Virus record (IMG/VR): IMGVR_UViG_3300037422_000098
Coordinates: 1-30,605 of that record
Source of the DNA: a virus
Lineage: Duplodnaviria > Caudoviricetes
Strand: one strand, 5' to 3'
Length of the DNA stretch: 30,605 nt
Under the pieces are notes generated by a model. The model did not search any database and was not told where the DNA came from. It was given only the letters and a program-made list of their open reading frames with translations. Each line of letters begins with the position of its first letter. Position 1 is the first letter of the stretch. The position numbers and the translations under genes were made by a program. Of the stretch, positions 1-6,810 are shown piece by piece.

Positions 1-309
1 CAATGTCTGGAGGTTCATCGGATCGTTGTTTAGCGGATTCCCGTCTTTGTGGTGAACGTGCCTCCTCTTCGCCGAGCCACATCGTTCGCAGGCCGACTTC
101 ATCGTCTTCGTGGCCTGCCGTCTCCCAGCAGATGCGCTCGGCACTCTGATCCGCTCCTCCATCCACTTCGCCATGCACTTCTGACCGCAAAAGCGCCGGC
201 GCCTGTATGCCTCCCTGTCCTCCAACGTCGAGCGGTATCGCTTGCGTTCCATCGTCGCCCCGCACTGATCGCAAGCCTTCAAACGCACCGGAATCTGTGG
301 CCGCCCCAT
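1..309 (-). CDS. HNH endonuclease with N-terminal Cys (Zn-binding) motifs; partial, runs off the left edge; nested in the methyltransferase alpha ORF
   Basis: Manual translation from ATG 309 (absent from the ORF track because there is no stop in the window): MGRPQIPVRLKACDQCGATMERKRYRSTLEDREAYRRRRFCGQKC...SACERCGSAKRRHVHHKDGNPLNNDPMNLQTL. Shows the CxxC...HHxDGNxxNNxxxNL HNH signature, with GGAGGAGGG upstream of the ATG. Confidence 0.88.
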   Translation of the reverse strand, partial: MGRPQIPVRLKACDQCGATMERKRYRSTLEDREAYRRRRFCGQKCMAKWMEERIRVPSASAGRRQATKTMKSACERCGSAKRRHVHHKDGNPLNNDPMNLQTL

Positions 310-1024
310 CTATTCCCTCCTCCGCTTCGATTCTGGCGCGGCCAAGCACCATTCCGGCGGATAGCCTTGGAGCCACGCACTGAACAATGGCGAGAGTCGG
401 CCTGGCCTTCCCGTCTGAGCAGGGGAGCCAGGCGAGATCGCGCCAAGGACTTGGCGGCCCAACAGCGAGTTGACCGGCGTGTTCTCCAAGGTCGTCGCGC
501 CGTCCTTCCAGTCGCGGGTCGTCGGCGTCGCCCACCCACCACAACCGCTGTCTCCGGTGCGGGGCGCCGACGCTGCAAGCCGGCAAATCTGCCGCCGCAG
601 CGGCGTAGCCTGCGCTTTCCAGGTCAGCGTGAACATGGTCCCACCACGCGTATCCAGCCGCTCCTGCAACTTGCTCGCCCATGAGTGTTGCAGGGCGGCA
701 CTCGCGGATGAGACGGCAGAACGCAGGCCATAGGTGGCGCTCATCTGCTGAGCCACCGAGCCTCCCTGCGACCGAGAAGGGTTGGCAGGGACAAGAGCCT
801 GTCCAAACAGGTCGGTCATCGGGCCATCCTGCAAGTCTGAGGGCGTAACTCCATCCTCCGATGCCGGCGAAGAAGTGGCACTGGTTGTATCCACGCAGGT
901 TGGAGGGCTGGACTTCGACGATGCTTCGCTCATCCACGTCTCCGGGGGCGATCAGATCGCGGGCGATGAGGTTGCGGAGCCACTGAGCGGCGAACGGGTC
1001 GATCTCGTTGTAATAGGCCGTCAC
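1..1024 (-). CDS. C5-cytosine DNA methyltransferase, alpha (catalytic) polypeptide; partial at 3' end
   Basis: Manual translation from GTG 1024 (GTGA overlap with the upstream stop): (M)TAYYNEIDPFAAQWLRNLI...CHFFAGIGGWSYAL (motif I)...WTGSCPCQPFS (motif IV, catalytic PC)...GEQV (motif VI)...GAPHRRQRLWWVG (motif VIII). The frame has no stop down to position 2, so it is missing from the ORF track. Confidence 0.9.
   Translation of the reverse strand, partial: MTAYYNEIDPFAAQWLRNLIARDLIAPGDVDERSIVEVQPSNLRGYNQCHFFAGIGGWSYALRLAGWPDDRPVWTGSCPCQPFSVAGRLGGSADERHLWPAFCRLIRECRPATLMGEQVAGAAGYAWWDHVHADLESAGYAAAAADLPACSVGAPHRRQRLWWVGDADDPRLEGRRDDLGEHAGQLAVGPPSPWRDLAWLPCSDGKARPTLAIVQCVAPRLSAGMVLGRARIEAEEGIDGAATDSGAFEGLRSVRGDDGTQAIPLDVGGQGGIQAPALLRSEVHGEVDGGADQSAERICWETAGHEDDEVGLRTMWLGEEEARSPQRRESAKQRSDEPPDI
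310..933 (-). CDS. Probable C5 methyltransferase beta polypeptide, encoded in an alternative frame inside the alpha gene
   Basis: 207-aa ORF wholly inside the alpha ORF. It has WATPTTRDWKDG and a C-terminal GRLSPLFSAWLQGYPPEW resembling motif IX. GGAG lies upstream of ATG 933; the later MTDLFGQ start is an alternative. The arrangement matches M.EcoHK31I alpha/beta. Confidence 0.65.
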   Translation of the reverse strand: MSEASSKSSPPTCVDTTSATSSPASEDGVTPSDLQDGPMTDLFGQALVPANPSRSQGGSVAQQMSATYGLRSAVSSASAALQHSWASKLQERLDTRGGTMFTLTWKAQATPLRRQICRLAASAPRTGDSGCGGWATPTTRDWKDGATTLENTPVNSLLGRQVLGAISPGSPAQTGRPGRLSPLFSAWLQGYPPEWCLAAPESKRRRE

Positions 1025-1344
1025 AACAACGTACCCTGCGCCGCGCGCTCCTCGTCCGAGAGTTCGCGTGCCAGGTTAACGTGCTGCGGCGGGATTGGGG
1101 TGAACGCCGTACAGCGCGCCCCGGTCTCTGATCCGATGACGAGCACGCCATCAGCATCCAACCCCTGCCAGACCCATTCGCCGGGCTGCTCGCCGCGCAG
1201 CGCGGCGGCGAGGATCGGGCAGCCTAGCTCGGCATCCACCATCCCGCCATCCCGGTAGGCTCGATCGCGCTCGCACCTCGAGCAGAACACATCGTCGAAC
1301 ATGTCGCCTTCGGTCCCGTTGGAGGGCATATACGGCTTGGTCAT
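1021..1344 (-). CDS. Hypothetical phage protein with Cys motifs
   Basis: Start MTKPYMPSNGTEGDMF at ATG 1344 with GGAGGAGG RBS and an ATGA overlap with the upstream stop. Contains CSRC plus two further Cys residues. Confidence 0.75.
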   Translation of the reverse strand: MTKPYMPSNGTEGDMFDDVFCSRCERDRAYRDGGMVDAELGCPILAAALRGEQPGEWVWQGLDADGVLVIGSETGARCTAFTPIPPQHVNLARELSDEERAAQGTLL

Positions 1345-1508
1345 TCTTCCTCCTCCTGCGCGTATGGGCAGTTCTCGCGCCCCGGACACCGGCCCGGCAG
1401 GTCGTCACCGCAGACGCATGGCCCCGAGAGGCGGCTGCGCCGTCGCCGCTCCAGCCACGCCTCGCGCACCAGGTCGGCGTCGTAGTCGCGGTCGTCCTGA
1501 GTCGTCAT
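1341..1508 (-). CDS. Small Cys-rich hypothetical protein (55 aa), not in ORF track
   Basis: MTTQDDRDYDADLVREAWLERRRRSRLSGPCVCGDDLPGRCPGRENCPYAQEEEE. Coupled by ATGA overlaps at both ends (1505-1508 and 1341-1344). Confidence 0.7.
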   Translation of the reverse strand: MTTQDDRDYDADLVREAWLERRRRSRLSGPCVCGDDLPGRCPGRENCPYAQEEEE

Positions 1509-1963
1509 TTTTCATGGGGCGTCCGCCTTGCCCCCTGGAACAACTCGCCCACCGCGCCGACCAGGCCGAGCTTGCGCGCGATCGCGATAGCGCGTTCTCG
1601 AGGGCGCAGCGCCGGATCGACGCCGTGCGTGCGCGCAACCTCCTGCGCGACGATCTCCCACTCCTCTGGCGAGGTCTCGGCCTGACCGGCGGCGTCCACG
1701 AGCTCGCCCTGCTTGAGGTCCCAGCGACGCGGCGCTTTCGCAAGCGAGACCTCCGCCACCTGTTCGGCCTCCGGGCCGATCTGGTGCCTGCGGTGTTCCG
1801 CGCAGTAGAACGGCCCCGAGAAGCCCGCGCGCACCGCGCCCCAGAACTGGCAGCGCCCTAGCTGCGTGGAGACGTAGCCGCAACGCGCGTCCTCGCTCTG
1901 GTCCCCCGGGGTGACCTTGACCAGGGGATTCGCCTGGGTCTTGCGACGACGGAAGTCAGGCAT
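1505..1963 (-). CDS. Hypothetical protein downstream of replication initiator
   Basis: 152 aa, overlapping the rep stop. Has a C..C..YCAEH Cys/His cluster. Its position matches that of a helicase loader/accessory gene, but no family was recognised. Confidence 0.7.
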   Translation of the reverse strand: MPDFRRRKTQANPLVKVTPGDQSEDARCGYVSTQLGRCQFWGAVRAGFSGPFYCAEHRRHQIGPEAEQVAEVSLAKAPRRWDLKQGELVDAAGQAETSPEEWEIVAQEVARTHGVDPALRPRERAIAIARKLGLVGAVGELFQGARRTPHEK

Positions 1964-2756
1964 ATCGGTCCTCCGCGATTTTCAGGAAATTGGACTCCCG
2001 AGTGATCCACTCCAGGTCGGCAAGGAACGGCTTACGCCCCGGCGCCGGCGGCGCCCTGCCGGTCAGGAACTTCGACTTCGCGACCTCCGCGAAGAACGCC
2101 TCCCAGGCATCAAGGTCCGGGAGGGCGCCGGACTTCCAGCGCGCCCTGATCTGCGCCTTGCGGGCTGGTGACAGCTCGAACACCCTCGGGAGCATCGGGA
2201 GTTTCTCGTGGTACAGGTCCACGATCGCCTTGTAGGGGATCGGGGCCGGGGGCGGACGGGTCGTCACGGCGAGCGGCAGCTCGGCGTGAGGACTCTCAGC
2301 CGAAGGCTGAGGAGGTTTTACTTCTGGTTCTAGCTCTGGTTCTAGCTCTGGTTCTAGCTCTGGCTCTAGTTTGCTTAAGCCTGGCTTAAGCCTGGCTTGA
2401 GCCTGGCTTAAGCCTGGCTTAAGCCTGGCTTGAGCCTGGCTTGAGCCACCCTTGCGCCCGGCGGCGCTAAGTCTTTGACGTTGCTCGGCCTGCTTTGCGA
2501 TGACCCCCTCGGCCTTCTCGTTGTACCACCCGTCGCTGCACTGCACAAAGTACTGCTCGAGAACGTACTGGACGGCGTTTTTCTCGGCCATCGACTCGCA
2601 TCCGAGCAGGCGGAACAGGCGCGGCAGATCGTTCGGCAGGGGGGCCCGGCGCTCGTAGTAGATCACGAGCATCCAGGCATAGGCGGCGCGCTCGAGGAAC
2701 GACAACCCGATCGTGCCCGCGATGAAGTCAGAGGAGTAGAACGGGAACCAGTGCAT
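1956..2756 (-). CDS. Phage replication initiator, YdaU/DUF1376 family (lambda O analogue)
   Basis: N-terminus MHWFPFYSSDFIAGTIGLSFLERAAYAWMLVIYYERRAPLP is typical of DUF1376. The central linker carries tandem repeats. The C-terminus has IVDLYHEKLP...FLADLEWITRESNFLKIAEDRY. Start taken at ATG 2756. Confidence 0.85.
   Translation of the reverse strand: MHWFPFYSSDFIAGTIGLSFLERAAYAWMLVIYYERRAPLPNDLPRLFRLLGCESMAEKNAVQYVLEQYFVQCSDGWYNEKAEGVIAKQAEQRQRLSAAGRKGGSSQAQARLKPGLSQAQARLKPGLSKLEPELEPELEPELEPEVKPPQPSAESPHAELPLAVTTRPPPAPIPYKAIVDLYHEKLPMLPRVFELSPARKAQIRARWKSGALPDLDAWEAFFAEVAKSKFLTGRAPPAPGRKPFLADLEWITRESNFLKIAEDRYA
2323..2370. repeat. 4 x 12-bp tandem repeat TCTGGTTCTAGC (encodes ELEP repeats)
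   Basis: Units at 2323, 2335, 2347 and 2359 (last one imperfect), directly adjacent to the iteron array. Confidence 0.9.
2373..2449. repeat. Putative replication origin iterons: 7 x 11-bp GCTT(A/G)AGCCTG
   Basis: Contiguous units at 2373, 2384, 2395, 2406, 2417, 2428 and 2439 (last one imperfect) inside the initiator gene, as with lambdoid origins inside O-like genes. Confidence 0.8.
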
Positions 2757-2775
2757 ACAACCCCCCACGCAGGTT

Positions 2776-2813
2776 GAAGAATGGGGCCCGGCGTTCGTGG
2801 GCACCGGGCCCCA
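2776..2813 (-). terminator. GC-rich hairpin with weak U tail between the HTH gene and rep (tR1-like position)
   Basis: Minus strand TGGGGCCCGGTG-CCCACGAA-CGCCGGGCCCCA followed by TTCTTC. Confidence 0.5.
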
Positions 2814-2858
2814 GGGGACAGCCGTCGGCGGCCAGACCGACAGGCCGAACGTACACGC

Positions 2859-3128
2859 TCAGGGCTCCCAGCGCAAGAAGTGACGGCAGGGGGCCAGCTG
2901 CACTCGGTAGCCGAGGGGGGCGAGCGCTTTGACCACCCACTCCCAGCGAATCTCCTGATACTCGCCTCCGGCGATACCGTGCAAGGTGCGGTAGTCCACC
3001 CCCGACACATGGGCGAGTTGCGCCAGTTTGCGCTGCTCGACCAGGCCAAGCAGCTCCTTGCGGGCGCCCCGCAGCACTTCCTTCGCGAACTCTGCGGGCG
3101 GGAGCTCGTTGACGATCTCGATTTTCAT
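2859..3128 (-). CDS. Cro/XRE-like helix-turn-helix regulator
   Basis: 89 aa with LAQLAHVSGVDYRTLHGIAGG HTH pattern and C-terminal VVKALAPLGYRVQL. GAGG RBS; first gene of the replication operon. Confidence 0.75.
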   Translation of the reverse strand: MKIEIVNELPPAEFAKEVLRGARKELLGLVEQRKLAQLAHVSGVDYRTLHGIAGGEYQEIRWEWVVKALAPLGYRVQLAPCRHFLRWEP

Positions 3129-3129
3129 G

Positions 3130-3183
3130 TTGACCTCGCTTTGATTCCGCGCTACTGTACCGCATCCCTCGCCGGAGGGTCAA
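3130..3183. promoter_or_regulatory. Two overlapping opposed sigma70-like promoters
   Basis: Plus strand: TTGACC (3130-3135), 17 bp, TACTGT (3153-3158). Minus strand: TTGACC (3183-3178), 18 bp, TACAGT (3159-3154). Confidence 0.6.
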
Positions 3184-3215
3184 TGCATCACCGCAACACC
3201 TACTCGGAGGAAACG

Positions 3216-4223
3216 ATGGACCGCAAGCAGTTTCTCGGTGGCTCGGACGCCGCCGTGATCTTCGGCGTCTCGCCGTGGCGCACGCCGCTCGAACTCTGGC
3301 GCCTGAAAACCGGGCAGGTCGAGGAAGCGCCCCTGACGGACGAGAAGCGCCGTTTCTTTCAGCGGCGCAAGGAACAAGAACCCGTCATCGCGCGGATGCT
3401 CGAGGCCGAAGGGGTACCGATCGTGAAACTCTCCCTCGACGCGGAGCCGAATCGGTACATCCACCCGCAGTTGACCTTCCTCGCGGCCGAGATCGACTTT
3501 GAAACGCGCATGACCCCCGCGTTGCGCGAGCGCGTGCCCACCCTCGCCGCGATCCCGGACGGCACGCCGCTCAACGGCGAGATCAAGACCGTCCATCCCT
3601 TCAAGGCCTCGGAATGGGGCGAGGAAGGCTCCGAGGAAGTGCCAATCCACTACGTCGCGCAGGCCTGGCACGGCCAGATCGTGACCGGCGCGCCGGCTAC
3701 CGTCGTCGCTGCCCTGTTCGGCCTCGACAACCTCGTGCTGTTCGGCGTGCTCCGCGACGAGGATGCCCTGCGGGCGATGCTTGAGCGCGAGATCGCGTTC
3801 TGGCGCGAGCACGTCCTACCCCGCGTGCCGCCGCCGCCCGTGAGTTACGAGGACGTTGCCCTGCTCTACCGCAAGTGGCGTGGGAAGCCCGCCGACGTGG
3901 ACGCCGAGACCTTCGCCGCCGTGACGCGCCTCGCCGAGCTGCGCGCCGCGATCAAGGCCAACGCAGCCGAGGAGGAGGAACTCAAGCGGCTGATCGGCCT
4001 CGGGATCTACCGCGCATGGGGTCTGCCGCCGGAGACCGATGATCCCGTGCAGACAGCCCTCGAGGACGCGCAGCTGCGCTTCGAGGGGCGCCCCTTCGCG
4101 ACCTGGAAGCGCCAGCGCGGCGCCTACCTGGACCAGAAGCGCCTCAAGGAGGCCTTCCCGGATGTCGTGAAGGCCTACACCATCGAAACTGTCCACCGCA
4201 CCCTGCGGATCACGAAAGGATGA
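3216..4223 (+). CDS. YqaJ-family viral recombination exonuclease (lambda Exo-like)
   Basis: MDRKQFLGGSDAAVIFGVSPWRTPLELWRLKTG N-terminus, FLAAEIDF...GEIKT PD-(D/E)xK core and PIHYVAQ. GGAGG RBS before ATG 3216. Confidence 0.92.
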   Translation: MDRKQFLGGSDAAVIFGVSPWRTPLELWRLKTGQVEEAPLTDEKRRFFQRRKEQEPVIARMLEAEGVPIVKLSLDAEPNRYIHPQLTFLAAEIDFETRMTPALRERVPTLAAIPDGTPLNGEIKTVHPFKASEWGEEGSEEVPIHYVAQAWHGQIVTGAPATVVAALFGLDNLVLFGVLRDEDALRAMLEREIAFWREHVLPRVPPPPVSYEDVALLYRKWRGKPADVDAETFAAVTRLAELRAAIKANAAEEEELKRLIGLGIYRAWGLPPETDDPVQTALEDAQLRFEGRPFATWKRQRGAYLDQKRLKEAFPDVVKAYTIETVHRTLRITKG

Positions 4224-4978
4224 GCATGAGCACCGAAGCCCCGCGCCGCCGACTCGTCGAGAAATTCGCCGAGAGGTTCTCGATCGACGCCGACAAACTG
4301 CTCGAGATCCTCAAGGCGACCGCCTTCCGCCAGGCCGTCGGCGACCCGCCGACCCACGAGCAGATGGCCGCCCTGCTCATCGTCGCCGACCAATACAACC
4401 TCAACCCCTTCACGCGCGAGATCTACGCCTACCGCGACAAGTCGGGCGCGATCGTGCCCGTGGTGAGCGTAGACGGCTGGGCGCGCATCATCAACGAGCA
4501 TCAGGCGTTCAACGGCCTCACGTTCAAGCAGCCCACCAAGCTGGTCCAGGTGGACGCCAAGGCGAAGCCCTGCCCCGAGTGGATCGAAGCGGTGTTCCGC
4601 CGCAAGGATCGCGCCGAGTCGATCACCGTGCGGGAATACCTCGATGAGTGCTACCGCCCGCCCATCGCTCGCAACGACGGCAGTCTGGTGATCGGGCCCT
4701 GGCAGTCGCACACCAAGCGGATGCTGCGCCACAAGGCCCTGATCCAGGGCGCGCGCGTCGCGTTCGGCTTCTCCGGGATCTACGACGAGGACGAGGCGCA
4801 GCGCATCATCGAGGCCCAGGCCGCCGCCCTCCCCGCCCCCGAGACCACGAAGAGCGGCACCGACAAGTTGCGCGCCGCCCTCGGCGTCGCGAAGCCGCAA
4901 ACGCTCGAGGGGCTCGCCGAGATCTACGCGCCCGTCACCATCGACCAGCCCCCCGCCACCGATCCCGTCCAGTCCTAG
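4220..4978 (+). CDS. bet: Single-strand annealing recombinase, lambda Bet (Red-beta) family
   Basis: LKATAF...QMAALLIVADQYNLNPFTREIYAY...IVPVVSVDGWARIINEH and GPWQSHTKRMLRHKALIQGARVAFGFSGIYDEDEAQRI match Bet. ATGA-coupled to the exonuclease. Confidence 0.93.
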   Translation: MSMSTEAPRRRLVEKFAERFSIDADKLLEILKATAFRQAVGDPPTHEQMAALLIVADQYNLNPFTREIYAYRDKSGAIVPVVSVDGWARIINEHQAFNGLTFKQPTKLVQVDAKAKPCPEWIEAVFRRKDRAESITVREYLDECYRPPIARNDGSLVIGPWQSHTKRMLRHKALIQGARVAFGFSGIYDEDEAQRIIEAQAAALPAPETTKSGTDKLRAALGVAKPQTLEGLAEIYAPVTIDQPPATDPVQS

Positions 4979-4987
4979 GAGACTATC

Positions 4988-5302
4988 ATGGCCATCGAAA
5001 GAAACCCGTCCCCAATCCCCGACTTCATCCGCGCCTCCAGCGCCAACGCACGCGCCGGCTCCATCGCCGCTGCGATCGCGGCCCTCGACGACACGACCGC
5101 CGAACTCAAGGACGCCGTGAACGTCCTCATGGACCTGCTCGCCCCGGTCCAGATGGGCATCCCCTCTTCGCCTCTCCACGCCGAAAAAACCGCCGAGTCG
5201 CCCGTGCGCTGCCCGATGGGGCTGGCGCTCTTCGAATACATCGGGCGCTTGCGCCTTATCGCCCAGCAGGTGCGCGAACTCACCAAGCGAATCGACCTAT
5301 GA
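4988..5302 (+). CDS. Hypothetical protein (helical)
   Basis: 104 aa with AGGAG RBS, in the exo/bet operon. Confidence 0.75.
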   Translation: MAIERNPSPIPDFIRASSANARAGSIAAAIAALDDTTAELKDAVNVLMDLLAPVQMGIPSSPLHAEKTAESPVRCPMGLALFEYIGRLRLIAQQVRELTKRIDL

Positions 5303-5535
5303 GAAAGAAGCGCCGCCCTGCGGCCTACTGGCGCGAGTACCGCGCGCGCCGCAAGGCCGCGGGCAATCCCAAACCACGGGGCACCGACCCTCGCCCCGGC
5401 GCGGCGCTCGTCCAGGACGGCCCGGGCATCGTCCAGTGGCCGCCGGCGGCCTACTTCCCGTCCTGGGTGATGCAGCCCTCGATGAGCGCTTCGAGCCTCG
5501 CCTGGTACACGATCGCCGCCTCGCGCTCCGCGTAG
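5299..5535 (+). CDS. Small Arg-rich hypothetical protein; 3' end overlaps o-spanin on the opposite strand
   Basis: ATGA overlap with the previous stop. MRKKRRPAAYWREYRARRKAAGNPKPRG..., 78 aa. Confidence 0.45.
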   Translation: MRKKRRPAAYWREYRARRKAAGNPKPRGTDPRPGAALVQDGPGIVQWPPAAYFPSWVMQPSMSASSLAWYTIAASRSA

Positions 5536-5729
5536 AGCGCGTTGACGTGGTGCCAGTCGTCCATCCGGGCGAGCTCCGCATCCGAGCGGATGCGCGGCTT
5601 CGCCGGCAGTTGCGCGCGCGAGACGCACGGGGCCGCGATGACCACCGGGACCTCGACGGCAGGCTGGAAGCCCGCGCACCCGCTAGTCAGCAAGAGCGCG
5701 GCGACGAAAGTCAGCGATAGCAGTCGCAC
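5451..5729 (-). CDS. o-spanin (Rz1-like outer membrane lipoprotein)
   Basis: GTG 5729 with AGGAGG RBS. Signal peptide RLLSLTFVAALLLTSG-C lipobox and two further Cys. Overlaps the 3' end of the i-spanin. Confidence 0.82.
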   Translation of the reverse strand: MRLLSLTFVAALLLTSGCAGFQPAVEVPVVIAAPCVSRAQLPAKPRIRSDAELARMDDWHHVNALYAEREAAIVYQARLEALIEGCITQDGK

Positions 5730-6177
5730 AGGTGCCTCCTTCGGGAGTCGGGGCCGAGAGTTTCGCCTCCAATTCGGCGATCCTACCCTCGCGCTCCGCG
5801 TTGCGCGCCTCGGCCTCGCGCAGTCGGGCCGCGACGCGCGCCGCGGCCGCTTTCGTGGCGCGCTCGAGCTCCGCCACGCCGGCCCGACAGGTCGCGAGCT
5901 CCTGCCGCGCCACGCGCACATGATCCTCGGCCGCAGCCAGCCGCGCCTGCACCGCGGCGAGTTCGCTGCGCGCCTGGTCGCGCCCCGCGACGAGATAGCC
6001 TGACCACAGGCAGAAGCAGGTCGCGAGCACGAACATCAACCCCGCCTTGATCGCGCCGGTGTAGAAGGCCGCCACCGCGAGCCCGCCGCAGACGAGAGCA
6101 CTCCCGAGCCAGATCCACGGGACAGCTTGCGCGAGCGCCCAGGCCGAGGAGCCAAGCCCTAGGCCAGCATCAAGCAT
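5683..6177 (-). CDS. i-spanin (Rz-like)
   Basis: N-terminal hydrophobic segments, then an Ala-rich coiled coil with Cys residues; last-but-one gene of the lysis cassette. Confidence 0.78.
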   Translation of the reverse strand: MLDAGLGLGSSAWALAQAVPWIWLGSALVCGGLAVAAFYTGAIKAGLMFVLATCFCLWSGYLVAGRDQARSELAAVQARLAAAEDHVRVARQELATCRAGVAELERATKAAAARVAARLREAEARNAEREGRIAELEAKLSAPTPEGGTCATAIADFRRRALAD

Positions 6178-6478
6178 GGGGCACCGCCTTGCGGTCCACG
6201 TCCAGGCCGCGCCGGATGCGGCGCTGCTTGCGCAGGAAGCGCCAGACGAGCCAGACGTTGAACGTCGCCTGACCGCCGAGCATCGTGATCGTCTCGGCGT
6301 AGGGCTCGTAGTGGGCTTGTCCCACGACCATCCAGTACATCGCTACCACCGCCCCGCCGAGGATCAGAAGCAGCCCGATGCGCCCGAGCAGGCAGTCATC
6401 GTAGTTGGGGTGAACCCACAGGACGAGGGTCGTCGTCGCAAGCACCACCACGATCGCAGCGAACACCACAGAGATCAT
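6170..6478 (-). CDS. Membrane protein, holin/antiholin-like
   Basis: 102 aa with three hydrophobic segments and a basic C-terminus, within the lysis cassette. Confidence 0.65.
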   Translation of the reverse strand: MISVVFAAIVVVLATTTLVLWVHPNYDDCLLGRIGLLLILGGAVVAMYWMVVGQAHYEPYAETITMLGGQATFNVWLVWRFLRKQRRIRRGLDVDRKAVPHA

Positions 6479-6810
6479 TGTCGGCCCCCTGGAAACAGCG
6501 CGCGCACCTTGTCGAAGTCCAGTTGCCCGATGATCTTCGCGAGCGCCGCCGCGGCGCTCATCCCGAACAACCCGAACATGAACCCGGCGAGCTCATCCCC
6601 GCCCCGCACCTTGCCGAGCTCGAACCAGGCGCTCGCCGGAGGGGCAAGGTAGCGCGCGCACGCGATCCCGCCCAGCACGACGCCCACCTTGCCGACCCGC
6701 GTCAACCCGTCCCACCAGCGCAACGAGAGGATGCCGCCGATCAAGCCCGGCAGCAGCAACTCCGCCTTGAGACCGAGCACCGATGCAATCCAGTCGGCCC
6801 ACTCCTTCAT
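6475..6810 (-). CDS. Putative holin
   Basis: Start MKEWADWIASVLG at ATG 6810 (ATGA overlap with endolysin). Hydrophobic segments LLLPGLIGGILSL, VGVVLGGIACARYLAP and LAGFMFGLFGMSAAAAL. Confidence 0.72.
   Translation of the reverse strand: MKEWADWIASVLGLKAELLLPGLIGGILSLRWWDGLTRVGKVGVVLGGIACARYLAPPASAWFELGKVRGGDELAGFMFGLFGMSAAAALAKIIGQLDFDKVRALFPGGRQ

Noticed and set aside
2323-2449. Tandem repeats as a CRISPR array
   Set aside because: The units are contiguous 11-12-mers with no spacers, lie inside a coding region, and no cas genes are present.
2781-3215. 145-aa N-terminal extension of the YqaJ ORF in the track
   Set aside because: It overlaps the HTH gene and promoters on the opposite strand. 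ATG 3216 has a GGAGG RBS and the family-typical start.
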